UHGV virus genome: UHGV-0086135
DNA length: 64,000 nt
Direction: 5' to 3' (one strand)
Origin: a virus
The position numbers and the translations under genes are program-made. The notes under the pieces are model-generated. The model searched no databases. It saw only the letters and a program-made list of their open reading frames with translations, and had not been told where the DNA came from. Shown here in pieces: positions 8,093 to 19,119 of the stretch (positions within the stretch are counted from its first letter, which is position 1; each line of letters opens with the position of its first letter).

Positions 8093-11041
8093 TTAGAATT
8101 TAAAATAATTACTAATTTTGTGAGCAATTTTAGTGAAGAAGGGTGTTTTCAATTCTTTAATTTCTTCGCTCATTTCCTGAATGGCCTTAATTAAAAGAGC
8201 ATTCACAGCAGAGTTAGAAATTGTTAGAACATCAGATCCATCGACTTCAACTTTAGATACAGCTTCCGGTAATTCTTTTTCAAGATCCTGAGCAATAATA
8301 CCAACTTCATGTTTAATAACACTACGGTCTTTAATAGACTTAACTTTATCGTAAGTATAAACTTTCAGTCGGCAAACTTTTTCAACCGCTCCGTTTTCTA
8401 GCTCTTTTTTATTAATCTTAAGACGACCATCGGAACGAATATACACATCATTAAAACTTCCATTTCCTGGTGCATAAAAGAACCCATCATAGTGGAACTC
8501 GAATATCGCGTTAGGATGACCAGCATCAGGAGAAGCCTCCGCAGATCCAACACGAATAATTGCTTGTCCCCAATTATTAGGGATACGACGAATACCAAGA
8601 TCGACGGCAGTTACATACCCTTGATTGGTGACTACACTTCTTCCTTTAATAATTGGATAATAGCTATCTGATCCAACATAACCATGATCGACGAATATTG
8701 GCGCTTCTACTCGCCATTGGTTGCCCCAATCACCTGGTTGACTAGCGGTCCAACGTTCACCATGAACATATAATCGAACGTTATTAACATGAGCCATTTC
8801 GACGCCTTTTGGACTTAGCGTGATATCCCCTGCGTTTGTAATGTATACACCAGCATTAGTAGCATAACTATAGAACGCTAATCCATTATCATCACCACCC
8901 TTACCAATATACCAGTTACCAGTCCCGTCTACGTCACCACGAATATGCAAAGAATTACTAGCAGGTGCTGATAATACAATAGAATCACCTGGGCTTTGAA
9001 TTGTCAAGCGTCCGGTCATAATATCACCGCCTTTACCCACGCGAGTATTCAAAGCAGCGTCTAAATTGGTTGCATTATTATATTTCTTCCAGATAGAACC
9101 AGCAATATTACCATCGGTATTAAGGAATGCTGCTCCAGCATAAACTCGACTTTGTGACATGAATCGGCCCGACGGCAAGAAACGCCATGTAGCTAATTCA
9201 GTGGCTGTAGTTCCAGTAGCGGATAAATCACCCTGAGCAACGATACGATATTCTGAACTAGCAATATCCATGCCAGAAGCCATAGTAATATTTGTTACAG
9301 TGTTTTTCTGTTTAACAATTGGCGCAAACTGGTTTTTATTTGAATCGTCAATGGCCTGATATAATGGCGCAATGGTAGTATTCTGATTTGCGTAAGTATT
9401 AGAACCAGAACCGCTAGCAGGAGCTTGAATATATGCTCCTGGAGCAAGTGAAATTTTCTGATTAGCGCCAAGATTAACAGCAGCAGTGATATTCAGCAAT
9501 CCTCTAAAGTTTTGTTGAGCAGTCCAAGTATGTGATCCGTCTTCAAGAACAACACGACGAACTGTGCAAGTTCTATTTCCTGAATTACCGAATACACGAA
9601 CGACAAAATAACGGTAGTTTGTCTGGGATACAGTACCACGCCAAACCTGAACAGTACGGCCTGTGCTAGTATGTTCGCTAGGACCGACGGAAAACATAAC
9701 CAAGTTTCCATCAATCGTCCCCCAATTCATATTTGCTGGCATGTTCTTTATTTTGTTCAAAGGAACGCTAAACATACTACCAGGGACAAAATCAAAGGTT
9801 TGCCAATCTAACTCCGCTAATTGAGCTTTAATACCACCCATACCCAAAGTAATTGGCAGAGAATAAGATGTATATACTTCGTTCCATGTACCCCAAACAC
9901 CATTAGTGTATGCACGCTCAAAAATACGTCCGCGAGTAGTTGTACCTGTTCCGGCAGTAGTAAATTTTTGGAAAATAGCACCACCAGAAGCACGCTGTTT
10001 AACTTCTAGCAAACCAATAATAACGGCCGGTAAACCTTCACCTGTAGGGCAGTTAATAACGGCATCAGTGCCTAAAATATTATATAACCCAGGAGTTTTA
10101 AAATCATTCAGGTTTCCATCATAGAAAGTCGCTGGTGTGACATTACCGACTTGTTGCCACGGTCCCCATTTAGGAGCAGTAGCATCCCACGCGGCAGTAA
10201 GACAGCGAGTATAAACAACACCAAACATGGTTGTATATCTTTGCGTACGAGAATAGCTTCCCCCTTCATATACTTCCAAAAGACCTTTAGCTGACGACCC
10301 CTCTTCTGGGAAATTTCTGTCAAAGGTGGCAATGGAATTTGAACTATTCCTCCACAAGCCAAAGTGTTCAGCACCTCCTAGATCATTAAGATCAATTGTT
10401 GTTGACAGTGGACGAGTACCGGATTGAATATTTCGCCACACACTCCACGGACCATTTACTCCGTTCCATGTAGCAGTCAAGGAACGAATATAAACATTTC
10501 CGTATCTGGTTGTATATCTCTGAGTACCAGCAAATTGACCGGCCACAAATACTTCTAGCACACCTACAGCATTTTCTTCTGGAAATTTATTTGCTGGTTG
10601 AGCGTTGGTTGAAGTTGCTTTCGACCAAACTCCAAGATATTCTTCAACAGGCCCATACTCATCTAAATTAGCATCAACCGGTAATTCGCCGTTATTTTTT
10701 ATAAACGTTGTGCTATTGACATTTATGTCAGATGGAGTTAGCGTGATATCTTTTGACCCATCAAAGGATATACCATTAATTTTTCGTGCTGTTTTTAATT
10801 TCGTTGCAGTTGCAGCGTTACCTGTTAAATTTCCAATTATATTTCCATTAACAGTTAAAGAACCATCAATTGTTCCTCCATATTTTAAACCTAATTCTAT
10901 AACACTGCCTGAGTCATCTTTTGTGAAAATTGTTTTATCTTTTAAATTAATAGCCAATTCACCTTCGGCTAATACTGAAGCAGCAGGACGTTGACCTGCA
11001 GTTTTGCTTCTTTTAAATTGTATTTGTTTTAAAGTAGCCAT
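8093..11041 (-). CDS. 37: long tail fiber distal subunit gp37 (982 aa)
   Basis: N-terminus [13 protein letters not shown]...[17 protein letters not shown] matches recalled T4 gp37; C-terminal part diverged. Confidence 0.93.
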   Translation of the reverse strand: MATLKQIQFKRSKTAGQRPAASVLAEGELAINLKDKTIFTKDDSGSVIELGLKYGGTIDGSLTVNGNIIGNLTGNAATATKLKTARKINGISFDGSKDITLTPSDINVNSTTFIKNNGELPVDANLDEYGPVEEYLGVWSKATSTNAQPANKFPEENAVGVLEVFVAGQFAGTQRYTTRYGNVYIRSLTATWNGVNGPWSVWRNIQSGTRPLSTTIDLNDLGGAEHFGLWRNSSNSIATFDRNFPEEGSSAKGLLEVYEGGSYSRTQRYTTMFGVVYTRCLTAAWDATAPKWGPWQQVGNVTPATFYDGNLNDFKTPGLYNILGTDAVINCPTGEGLPAVIIGLLEVKQRASGGAIFQKFTTAGTGTTTRGRIFERAYTNGVWGTWNEVYTSYSLPITLGMGGIKAQLAELDWQTFDFVPGSMFSVPLNKIKNMPANMNWGTIDGNLVMFSVGPSEHTSTGRTVQVWRGTVSQTNYRYFVVRVFGNSGNRTCTVRRVVLEDGSHTWTAQQNFRGLLNITAAVNLGANQKISLAPGAYIQAPASGSGSNTYANQNTTIAPLYQAIDDSNKNQFAPIVKQKNTVTNITMASGMDIASSEYRIVAQGDLSATGTTATELATWRFLPSGRFMSQSRVYAGAAFLNTDGNIAGSIWKKYNNATNLDAALNTRVGKGGDIMTGRLTIQSPGDSIVLSAPASNSLHIRGDVDGTGNWYIGKGGDDNGLAFYSYATNAGVYITNAGDITLSPKGVEMAHVNNVRLYVHGERWTASQPGDWGNQWRVEAPIFVDHGYVGSDSYYPIIKGRSVVTNQGYVTAVDLGIRRIPNNWGQAIIRVGSAEASPDAGHPNAIFEFHYDGFFYAPGNGSFNDVYIRSDGRLKINKKELENGAVEKVCRLKVYTYDKVKSIKDRSVIKHEVGIIAQDLEKELPEAVSKVEVDGSDVLTISNSAVNALLIKAIQEMSEEIKELKTPFFTKIAHKISNYFKF

Positions 11042-11049
11042 AAGTCCTC

Positions 11050-11700
11050 TTAATAATAGCCGAAATCTTGAACAGAATCCTTAATCACGATTTGGTCAAA
11101 TCGTGGAACATGCGAGGGTTGAGATGCAGGATTCTGCGAGAAAAAGTTTGGCGCTGTTAAATTACCTGTCATGGTGTCACCTTTACGCAAAACTCTAGAA
11201 TTCGCATTTGCCGTAACAGTATTTATTGCTCCATCAACATAATCTTTACGAGTAACATCAGATGCTGCGGAAGGAGTAGATGTAACAGTTACAGATGGAG
11301 CTGTTACAGCCCTAGTAAATGTTGTCAAACCTTCTGGCGTAATAGTAATTTGTCCAGTAGTGATTTCACTACCTGCAGGTCTAAAACTAATACCGCCAGA
11401 AGAGCCTCCAACTACAAGAGTATTGCCGGTACCGCCACCAGAACGAATTCGAATGGGGGTTTCATTATTACTTAATTGAAGATAACTATTTACCCCGTAA
11501 TTAATAGTAATTGGACCGGTGTAAGTGCCACCATTAGCTTTAGAAACGAAATCGTTATCAGCTGCCTGCGGTTTATTATATTCTGAATATATTTTAAATG
11601 ATTTGTAGAGTACATCGTCACCGGCTGAATTCAATGGAAAATTTCCTTGATGCCAAATGACAGATCCACCCACAGTTGAACCTACTTTTAAATCAGCCAT
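11050..11700 (-). CDS. 36: long tail fiber hinge protein gp36 (216 aa)
   Basis: ORF track; [12 protein letters not shown]...; conserved position; late promoter upstream. Confidence 0.9.
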   Translation of the reverse strand: MADLKVGSTVGGSVIWHQGNFPLNSAGDDVLYKSFKIYSEYNKPQAADNDFVSKANGGTYTGPITINYGVNSYLQLSNNETPIRIRSGGGTGNTLVVGGSSGGISFRPAGSEITTGQITITPEGLTTFTRAVTAPSVTVTSTPSAASDVTRKDYVDGAINTVTANANSRVLRKGDTMTGNLTAPNFFSQNPASQPSHVPRFDQIVIKDSVQDFGYY

Positions 11701-11723
11701 TATATGCCCCTTTATTTTAATAT

Positions 11724-11731
11724 TATTTATA
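11724..11731 (-). promoter_or_regulatory. late promoter TATAAATA upstream of gene 36
   Basis: Exact motif on minus strand, just downstream of the gene 35 terminator. Confidence 0.6.
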
Positions 11732-11758
11732 AAGAAAAAGGGAACCCGAAGGCTCCCT
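11731..11758 (-). terminator. terminator after gene 35 (minus strand)
   Basis: Minus-strand hairpin AGGGAGCC-UUCG-GGUUCCCU followed by UUUUUCUUU. Confidence 0.6.
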
Positions 11759-11762
11759 CAGT

Positions 11763-12878
11763 TTAAACTTCTCTAAATTCTTGCCCAAACACTTTGCCAG
11801 TTTTAGAAGAGGCTTGTGTAGGAAGTACCATTATATCTGGAGGTGAAGCCGATTCACAGACATAATTAACGCGAATACCGTTGACGCCAAATTCGGCAGG
11901 TTTTGAAATGCCGCCATTTCTTGATACTTCAGAAAAGCTTAAATTCCTCAGTCCGCCTTGACCAGCTTGAGCAGTTCTCTGCGCATATATAGTAAATCCG
12001 ACTGCATTTTCAGGAACAACTACATAATCTTCCTTTAATTCCCATGACCCAGCTTGCCCAGTAAACTCAGATTGGGTCGAGGAAATATATCCATTTGATT
12101 CATTATAAAAACGGATAGATATATTTGTAGTTCCAAGATCAAGTAAATCAGCATCAGCATATAACTGTGCTTTAAGATAAAGAACATCACCAGGAATTAA
12201 ATTATAATCAGATAGTTTACTTATAGCAGCTGAAGTTGGCAATCGCGCAATTTCGTTATTAGTTCCACCAACCGCTGACATAAATTGCTCGACACTTTCA
12301 TATGTTCTTTTAGGAAATCCCGTAGCTCCGACGTCTTCTAAACTATCAAATACAACATCTAAAATAGTTTGATAATCATCTGTGCTTTTTCTATTACTTA
12401 GTTTAACATGCTCTAATGCAATAGCTCTTTTAGAAGAAGTATAAAAAGCAGCATATGATACGTCAAATCTTGACAATACTGAATCTGATGGAAAAACTGA
12501 AGTTCCTGCTCCCCTTAACCAAGATACCACTTCAGGAGGAAAATTAACCTTTCCGCTAGTTAATATAGCAACAAGCCTATTGTTTGACAAAGAATTCATA
12601 AAACTGACAAAAGCGGCAGATGTTGTATTGTTTGAAGCAGAAAAAGCATATGACTTACTATCAACTAATGCTCCCGTAGAAGGGTCAAAAACTCTTAAAT
12701 GAAGACCTGCACTAAATGTTTGATTTCCAACGGGATTATCCTGAAATTTAACATATGGCCCTGCAGTAGAAAGCGGGCAAGAGCCCGCTATGCTTATTTT
12801 ATATCTTACTGAATTGCTTTCCGATAAAAATGGAGTTTGGACATATCCTTGTCCAAACTCTGCCATAAATTTTTCCAT
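11763..12878 (-). CDS. 35: long tail fiber hinge connector gp35 (371 aa)
   Basis: Sequence MEKFMAEFGQGYVQTPFLSESNSVRYKISIAGSCPLS... matches recalled T4 gp35. Confidence 0.92.
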   Translation of the reverse strand: MEKFMAEFGQGYVQTPFLSESNSVRYKISIAGSCPLSTAGPYVKFQDNPVGNQTFSAGLHLRVFDPSTGALVDSKSYAFSASNNTTSAAFVSFMNSLSNNRLVAILTSGKVNFPPEVVSWLRGAGTSVFPSDSVLSRFDVSYAAFYTSSKRAIALEHVKLSNRKSTDDYQTILDVVFDSLEDVGATGFPKRTYESVEQFMSAVGGTNNEIARLPTSAAISKLSDYNLIPGDVLYLKAQLYADADLLDLGTTNISIRFYNESNGYISSTQSEFTGQAGSWELKEDYVVVPENAVGFTIYAQRTAQAGQGGLRNLSFSEVSRNGGISKPAEFGVNGIRVNYVCESASPPDIMVLPTQASSKTGKVFGQEFREV

Positions 12879-12886
12879 AATACCTC

Positions 12887-15800
12887 TTATTCAATCCACT
12901 CAAATTTAACAGTTTTATTCACTGGGTCAGGAATAATGCGAACATTACCAATTCGTAAGAAATCACGAATAGTAAGATTACCTATTATTCCATTATCAGA
13001 TGGAATTGCTCCTATATCCGAAGGTTGAGGAGGGTTACCTCCATCAAATACCTGAACAAAACTTGACCAAGAGTTTTTAGTTTTTTGCCATGTACGTGTC
13101 CAGCGAGTGGTACGTGCTTCTGGAGTCGTTGGATAAGTAATCCAATCTTGGTAAAGTGAATCAAGTGTGTTACCAAACTGAGTCAATGTACCAGGAGATT
13201 TAACTTCTTCGCCACGTTCTAAGTATGGAAGTCCAGTCACTTCATTAGTTTTTTCAACCATTTTAAAATAACCCGGGAACTGGTTATAAGTGGCTGAATC
13301 ATTAATATCGATTGACCAGAATCCTACAGTATCAGATGTTGGCGCACGGGTATATAAATCAGGTGTTTTAACACCTTGAGAACGAATTCTCGAGTTAACA
13401 GTTAAACCACCTGAATTTATAGTAGCACCTTTAGCAATGATCAAGCTTTCACCAATCGTTACTTGACCGGACTGATTATTAATTGATAATGGACGTAATG
13501 CATTAAATCCACCAGTTTGGTCACCGGCTGCAGTGAGCATAAAATAGGTGTCATTACCAGCGTTACGAATAAAGAATCCGTAATTTCCATTTATCGCTCT
13601 AAAAGCATTTGGCGATTTACCGATAAATTCACCATTGGCTGTAACTGAATTACCAAATGTTGCAACGCCATTCGCATTCAATGTTCCTGAAGCATTCACA
13701 TTTATCGGTGTTACTGTACCGTTGATATTAAATGTTATATTACCAGCTTTATTACGCTGAGAATAAAAATGACTAGACGTTTCATCACTAACTTCAAATA
13801 CGGTAGAACGTGTTGTATCTGATTCCCCACTAAATTGATTTCCCCACACTTTGACAGTCATCGTCTGCGCTGGGTTCGTTCCAGTTTGAGGTCCTTTCTC
13901 AAAAATCAATTGAGTTGCTGTTCCAGTATTAGAAATAGTTAGTGTACTATTTGCTGAAACTGATCCACCAAATGTAGCAGTACTAGATGATACAAGAGGG
14001 GCACTCAGGTTCGTTTGTTTGGTTAAGGTTAGTGAACCATTAACTGTCTGGGCAATATCCCTACGAATGAACTGAGATGAATCTAGACCATCTAATAAAT
14101 TTGCGTCAGCAGCTTTTGCTTTTAACGGCAAATAATTTGCTAATACACGGTTTAATTCATATGGTGATACTGCATAGCTATTTTTCTCGTATAATTCTAA
14201 TGACTGTGTTGAACCAACTGTATCATTACCAACGAATGTAATTGAACCAGATGAAGTTTTAACAAAACCTCTTACCAAAGTAGTTGCTGCCCAAGTAGGT
14301 TCACTCTGCACAATCCATTTTAAATTTTTTGGAGATACAGCAGTATTTGCTGACGTTCCAGTCACGGTTTCAGACTGAGTTGCAACTTTAATAACGCCTT
14401 CTTGTGCTTCAGTAGATTTAGTACCTAAAAGCTTTTTAGGAGTTATCAAAACGTTATCTAATTTTCCTGCAGCAGCTTCAACTTGTGTAGCTACACGAAG
14501 TGTACCACGTTGTGTCTCATTTGCTTCAAGAATATTAAGGGTATAATGGTCCCAGAGAGTTCCTGATTCAACTAATCCAGATAGAGCAACAACAGAAGTA
14601 CGATTAGTACTATCAAATCTAGTTTTAATTTTTAATGGTGTAGAGATACGAGTATCGTCGACGCCTGCGTCGAATTCAACTTGTGTAGCAATTTCAGCTA
14701 TACCACTTAAACTTTCAGTTGCTTTACGGTCATTTAAAGTTTTAGGAGTGACTGCACGAGTATAATCAGTTCCTGTATTAACTTCACTTTGCGTAGCAAT
14801 TTCAATTAAACCAATTCTTCCATCAGTTGATGTCTTTTTATGTAACGTTTCTGGTGTTACAACCGCATTTGCCCATCCTTCTTGGCTTTGTCCAGCAATT
14901 ACTTCACTTTCAACTGCTAAAATTACTGCACCTTGTTGCGTTGGAGTAGCTTTATACTGATCCAAAGCTTTAGGCGAAACAACTAAATTATTAGTATTTT
15001 TATTATAAACATTTGTACCATTTAATTCACGACTAGAGGCTGGAGTAGCTCCTGCGGTAGATACAAAAGTTACAATACCCGATAATGTTTCAGAACCTTG
15101 ACGAGCTTGAAGCTTTTTAGGAGTGATGATTGTAGTATCATCAGTACCTGTATTAGTTTCCTGCTGCGTAGCAATTTCAGCGACACCTCTACGAGTTTCT
15201 GTAGCAGTTCTTTCATTCAGCTTTTTAGGAGTGATGATAAGGTCATCAGCAAAAGAGAATGTAGTGTTCTGATTTACTTGAGCAGTAGTTGCTATTCTTG
15301 CGATACCTCTACGAGTTTCTGTAGCAGTACGGTTAGCTAATGTTTCTGGAGTAATTGCTAATTCTTTTTGTGGAGAATTTTCTAAATCGACGTTAGCTTG
15401 AGCTTGTGTAGCTAAAGCAATTACGCCTAATCTTGCTCTAGTAGAATTATTTAAAGAATCGACTCTTTCAACTGTTGGAACGTTTTGCTGTACAACCCAG
15501 TATTTTCCGTCAGAATCTTCTATATAAGCAAGTTGTAAAACTGGAACATAATTAGTTTCACCGTTAAAAACTAATTCTTGAACAGTCACCCATTCAGCTT
15601 CAGGTGGATATTCTGAGCGTTTTGGGAATTGCAGCAATTGAACTGAAGAAGCAATTTTATCTTCACCGGCAGCTTTGATTTTAACTGTTTGTCCTTTTCT
15701 CATGTAATTCATGGAAATTTTAACAGTATCACCAACAGAAATATTAGTTGGAAGCTGAAGCTCAATTGTTTGAGTTGTTCCGTTATTCGCACCAAATACC

Positions 15801-16756
15801 ATAACTTCTTCATTTGGACGAATGTTTGAATTAGTCGTTATGATACGTAAACGTGCTTTACTATCCCCGTCAAATAATCTCCATAATTTCTCATTATCAT
15901 CAAACATCAAGAAACCGTCAATCGATGTACGGCCTTCAATGGAATGAGTTCCAACTTCTTGTACTGAAGTTGTTTCATCATATGTCGTGACAATTGTATG
16001 ATAAAGTGGATTTAATTTATCTAAATCAACGAAATTAATAATATCGCCATGATTAGCAAATCTCGGAAGTTTAATATTAATCGGCGCTGCGGAAGTAAAT
16101 CTACGCACGATAAAATCATTAGATTGTGCTTGATATGCAGTCGATGGAGTAACAATTGCAGCTTCTCTGCTATAATCAGCAACATACATTTGCCACAAAC
16201 GATTATTAAAAATGAATATCATCTGTGACTTTGGATGAGTCATTAAAACTGAACGTACTTGTTCACCTCTAAAATTAACAATGCTCTGATTTGAAGAACT
16301 TATTTTAACCTGATTTATACCAGGTTTTCCACCGATATCTTGAATTATTACTGTTTCTCCATCGAGCGGAGAAGGTGGTAAAGTAAACTCAATGTCATTA
16401 CCAACTGACGTATCTACTGAAATTGCTTCTCCGGATTTTAATTGATACGGTCCAGATGATACGGTTGTATATACAGCATCAGTACGTAATGCTTTCCAAC
16501 GAATTCTATTAAAACTTCCAGCAGGTTTTGGAATATTATCCGTTGCTGCCCAAAAACGATTATTATAAATGATTACAAAATCTTTTAAATATCCACGAGT
16601 TGGATCATATTGTTGAACTGTGTTTTCTTGAATTAAGTAATCAACGTTAACACCGTCAGTTCCTACGGTACGATCAGCTAAAGCTACGTTGATTATTTTA
16701 TCGCCACCTGCGTCCAGACCATCTTCTGCTCTGAACTTTCTTTTAATCTCGGCCAT
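12887..16756 (-). CDS. 34: long tail fiber proximal subunit gp34 (1289 aa)
   Basis: Same length as T4 gp34; N-terminus MAEIKRKFRAEDGLDAGGDKIINVALADRTVG; internal repeated motifs; late promoter upstream. Confidence 0.95.
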   Translation of the reverse strand: MAEIKRKFRAEDGLDAGGDKIINVALADRTVGTDGVNVDYLIQENTVQQYDPTRGYLKDFVIIYNNRFWAATDNIPKPAGSFNRIRWKALRTDAVYTTVSSGPYQLKSGEAISVDTSVGNDIEFTLPPSPLDGETVIIQDIGGKPGINQVKISSSNQSIVNFRGEQVRSVLMTHPKSQMIFIFNNRLWQMYVADYSREAAIVTPSTAYQAQSNDFIVRRFTSAAPINIKLPRFANHGDIINFVDLDKLNPLYHTIVTTYDETTSVQEVGTHSIEGRTSIDGFLMFDDNEKLWRLFDGDSKARLRIITTNSNIRPNEEVMVFGANNGTTQTIELQLPTNISVGDTVKISMNYMRKGQTVKIKAAGEDKIASSVQLLQFPKRSEYPPEAEWVTVQELVFNGETNYVPVLQLAYIEDSDGKYWVVQQNVPTVERVDSLNNSTRARLGVIALATQAQANVDLENSPQKELAITPETLANRTATETRRGIARIATTAQVNQNTTFSFADDLIITPKKLNERTATETRRGVAEIATQQETNTGTDDTTIITPKKLQARQGSETLSGIVTFVSTAGATPASSRELNGTNVYNKNTNNLVVSPKALDQYKATPTQQGAVILAVESEVIAGQSQEGWANAVVTPETLHKKTSTDGRIGLIEIATQSEVNTGTDYTRAVTPKTLNDRKATESLSGIAEIATQVEFDAGVDDTRISTPLKIKTRFDSTNRTSVVALSGLVESGTLWDHYTLNILEANETQRGTLRVATQVEAAAGKLDNVLITPKKLLGTKSTEAQEGVIKVATQSETVTGTSANTAVSPKNLKWIVQSEPTWAATTLVRGFVKTSSGSITFVGNDTVGSTQSLELYEKNSYAVSPYELNRVLANYLPLKAKAADANLLDGLDSSQFIRRDIAQTVNGSLTLTKQTNLSAPLVSSSTATFGGSVSANSTLTISNTGTATQLIFEKGPQTGTNPAQTMTVKVWGNQFSGESDTTRSTVFEVSDETSSHFYSQRNKAGNITFNINGTVTPINVNASGTLNANGVATFGNSVTANGEFIGKSPNAFRAINGNYGFFIRNAGNDTYFMLTAAGDQTGGFNALRPLSINNQSGQVTIGESLIIAKGATINSGGLTVNSRIRSQGVKTPDLYTRAPTSDTVGFWSIDINDSATYNQFPGYFKMVEKTNEVTGLPYLERGEEVKSPGTLTQFGNTLDSLYQDWITYPTTPEARTTRWTRTWQKTKNSWSSFVQVFDGGNPPQPSDIGAIPSDNGIIGNLTIRDFLRIGNVRIIPDPVNKTVKFEWIE

Positions 16757-16790
16757 TCTCCCGGGCTCCTATTGTGTTTTCAATAATAAG

Positions 16791-16798
16791 TATTTATA
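16791..16798 (-). promoter_or_regulatory. late promoter TATAAATA upstream of gene 34
   Basis: Exact motif on minus strand about 35 nt upstream of the gene 34 ATG. Confidence 0.65.
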
Positions 16799-16801
16799 CT
16801 T

Positions 16802-16829
16802 GTTTACTTTAAGATTTGGAGTATATAAT
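16802..16829 (+). promoter_or_regulatory. early promoter upstream of rnh
   Basis: GTTTAC, 16-bp spacer, TATAAT; divergent from the gene 34 late promoter. Confidence 0.55.
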
Positions 16830-16858
16830 AGAAATCTCACTAATTGAACGAGGTTCAT

Positions 16859-17776
16859 ATGGATTTAGAAATGATGCTGGATGAAGATTACAAAGAAGGA
16901 ATTTGCTTAATTGACTTTAGTCAAATTGCGCTTTCAACTGCTCTGGTAAACTTCCCAGATAAAGAAAAAATTAATTTATCAATGGTTCGTCATTTGATAT
17001 TGAATTCAATTAAGTTTAATGTCAAAAAAGCAAAAACTCTTGGATACACTAAAATTGTATTGTGTATTGATAACGCGAAATCTGGATACTGGCGTCGTGA
17101 TTTCGCTTATTATTATAAGAAAAACCGCGGAAAAGCACGAGAAGAATCTACTTGGGACTGGGAAGGTTATTTTGAATCCAGTCATAAAGTTATAGATGAA
17201 TTGAAAGCTTATATGCCATACATCGTTATGGATATTGATAAGTATGAAGCAGATGACCATATTGCTGTTCTTGTTAAAAAGTTCTCTTTAGAAGGACATA
17301 AGATTTTAATCATTTCGTCGGATGGTGACTTTACTCAACTTCACAAATACCCAAATGTTAAGCAATGGTCACCGATGCACAAGAAATGGGTTAAAATTAA
17401 AAATGGTTCTGCTGAAATTGACTGCATGACTAAAATCCTTAAAGGTGACAAAAAGGATAACGTTGCTTCAGTTAAAGTACGATCTGACTTTTGGTTTACC
17501 AGAGTTGAAGGTGAACGAACTCCTTCAATGAAAACCTCTATTGTTGAAGCTATTGCTAATGACCGCGAGCAAGCTAAGGTGCTTCTCACAGAATCTGAAT
17601 ATAATCGTTATAAAGAAAATTTAGTTCTAATTGATTTTGATTATATTCCTGATAATATTGCTTCAAACATTGTGAATTACTATAATTCATATAAATTACC
17701 ACCGCGTGGCAAAATTTATTCATATTTTGTAAAAGCGGGTCTTTCTAAATTAACTAATAGCATTAATGAATTTTGA
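16859..17776 (+). CDS. rnh: RNase H / 5'-3' exonuclease (305 aa)
   Basis: Inner ATG of track ORF (track start TTG); MDLEMMLDEDYKEGICLIDFSQIAL... matches recalled T4 RNase H. Confidence 0.95.
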   Translation: MDLEMMLDEDYKEGICLIDFSQIALSTALVNFPDKEKINLSMVRHLILNSIKFNVKKAKTLGYTKIVLCIDNAKSGYWRRDFAYYYKKNRGKAREESTWDWEGYFESSHKVIDELKAYMPYIVMDIDKYEADDHIAVLVKKFSLEGHKILIISSDGDFTQLHKYPNVKQWSPMHKKWVKIKNGSAEIDCMTKILKGDKKDNVASVKVRSDFWFTRVEGERTPSMKTSIVEAIANDREQAKVLLTESEYNRYKENLVLIDFDYIPDNIASNIVNYYNSYKLPPRGKIYSYFVKAGLSKLTNSINEF

Positions 17777-17784
17777 GGTGAATA

Positions 17785-18054
17785 ATGGCTAAAAAAGAAA
17801 TGGTTGAATTTGATGAAGCTATCCATGGCGAAGACTTGGCTAAATTTATTAAAGAAGCATCTGATCATAAACTGAAAATTTCTGGTTATAATGAATTGAT
17901 TAAAGATATTCGAATTCGTGCCAAAGATGAACTTGGCGTTGATGGTAAGATGTTTAATCGTCTGTTAGCTTTGTATCATAAAGATAACCGTGATGTGTTT
18001 GAAGCTGAAACTGAAGAGGTAGTTGAACTTTATGACACAGTTTTCTCTAAATGA
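17785..18054 (+). CDS. dsbA: dsDNA-binding protein DsbA (89 aa)
   Basis: ORF track; size and position between rnh and 33 as in T4. Confidence 0.85.
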   Translation: MAKKEMVEFDEAIHGEDLAKFIKEASDHKLKISGYNELIKDIRIRAKDELGVDGKMFNRLLALYHKDNRDVFEAETEEVVELYDTVFSK

Positions 18055-18370
18055 TATTCGTCCGGTCGATGAGACCGGTCTTTCAGAAAAAGAACTTTCA
18101 ATTAAGAAAGAAAAGGATGAAATTGCAAAGCTTCTTGACCGTCAAGAAAATGGATTTATTATTGAAAAAATGGTAGAAGAGTTTGGAATGAGTTATCTTG
18201 AAGCTACAACAGCATTCTTAGAAGAAAATTCTATTCCTGAAACTCAATTTGCTAAATTTATTCCTTCGGGTATAATTGAAAAAATTCAGTCAGAAGCTAT
18301 CGACGAAAATCTTTTACGTCCTTCTGTTGTTCGTTGCGAAAAAACTAATACATTAGATTTTCTACTATGA
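18032..18370 (+). CDS. 33: late transcription co-activator gp33 (112 aa)
   Basis: Inner ATG (track start TTG); MTQFSLNDIRPVDETGLSEKELSIKKEKDEIAKLLD matches recalled T4 gp33. Confidence 0.9.
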   Translation: MTQFSLNDIRPVDETGLSEKELSIKKEKDEIAKLLDRQENGFIIEKMVEEFGMSYLEATTAFLEENSIPETQFAKFIPSGIIEKIQSEAIDENLLRPSVVRCEKTNTLDFLL

Positions 18371-19020
18371 TTAAACTCCGCATGCCTGCTGGTGGTGAAA
18401 GATATATTGATGGTAAATCAGTTTATAAATTATACTTAATGATAAAACAACATATGAATGGAAAGTATGATGTAATTAAGTATAATTGGTGCATGCGGGT
18501 GTCTGATGCCGCTTATCAAAAGCGAAGGGATAAGTATTTTTTTCAGAAGTTATCAGAAAAATATAAATTAAAGGAACTTGCTTTAATCTTTATAAGCAAT
18601 CTGGTTGCTAACCAAGATGCTTGGATTGGTGACATCTCTGACGCTGATGCGCTTGTGTTTTATCGTGAATATATCGGACGCTTAAAGCAAATTAAATTTA
18701 AGTTTGAAGAAGATATTCGCAACATTTATTATTTTAGTAAAAAAGTTGAAGTTTCTGCTTTTAAAGAAATTTTTGAATATAATCCAAAAGTTCAATCAAG
18801 TTATATTTTTAAACTACTTCAATCGAATATAATTTCGTTTGAGACGTTTATCTTGCTTGATTCGTTTTTAAATATAATCGATAAACATGATGAACAGACT
18901 GATAATTTAGTCTGGAATAATTATTCTATAAAGTTAAAGGCTTATAGAAAAATTTTAAATATTGATTCACAGAAAGCTAAAAGTGTTTTTATTGAAACTG
19001 TGAAATCTTGCAAGTATTAA
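18367..19020 (+). CDS. 59: helicase loader gp59 (217 aa)
   Basis: Sequence MIKLRMPAGGERYIDGKSVYKLYLMIKQHMNGKYD... matches recalled T4 gp59. Confidence 0.95.
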   Translation: MIKLRMPAGGERYIDGKSVYKLYLMIKQHMNGKYDVIKYNWCMRVSDAAYQKRRDKYFFQKLSEKYKLKELALIFISNLVANQDAWIGDISDADALVFYREYIGRLKQIKFKFEEDIRNIYYFSKKVEVSAFKEIFEYNPKVQSSYIFKLLQSNIISFETFILLDSFLNIIDKHDEQTDNLVWNNYSIKLKAYRKILNIDSQKAKSVFIETVKSCKY

Positions 19021-19021
19021 T

Positions 19022-19045
19022 TGCTTATTATAAATAGATTATAAT
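19022..19045 (+). promoter_or_regulatory. candidate MotA-dependent middle promoter for gene 32
   Basis: MotA-box-like TGCTTAT about 11-12 bp upstream of TATAAT. Confidence 0.4.
19029..19036 (+). promoter_or_regulatory. late promoter TATAAATA upstream of gene 32
   Basis: Exact TATAAATA on + strand. Confidence 0.55.
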
Positions 19046-19059
19046 TATCTCACTGACCA

Positions 19060-19119
19060 GCTATGAGGTCATACATCGTCATAGCACCAACTGTTAATTA
19101 AATTAAAAAGGAAATAAAA
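19060..19119 (+). promoter_or_regulatory. gene 32 5' leader, probable autogenous translational operator
   Basis: AU-rich leader with repeated UUAAA-like elements directly upstream of the gene 32 ATG. Confidence 0.4.

Noticed and set aside
7311-10994. Track ORFs on either strand inside the gene 38 and gene 37 coding regions (7311-7493, 8398-8598, 9493-9714, 9821-10009, 9906-10124, 10108-10374, 10605-10994)
   Set aside because: All lie wholly within long tail-fiber genes whose products I recognise; they lack ribosome-binding sites and have odd composition, so they are antisense or alternate-frame artefacts.
14117-14136. MotA-box-like TGCTTTTA inside gene 34 (possible ori(34)-type element)
   Set aside because: Imperfect box and uncertain -10; I cannot place the T4 ori(34) precisely enough from memory to support the call.
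15098-15340. Plus-strand 80-aa ORF inside gene 34
   Set aside because: Antisense to a recognised structural gene; the product is low-complexity and mirrors the gp34 internal repeats.
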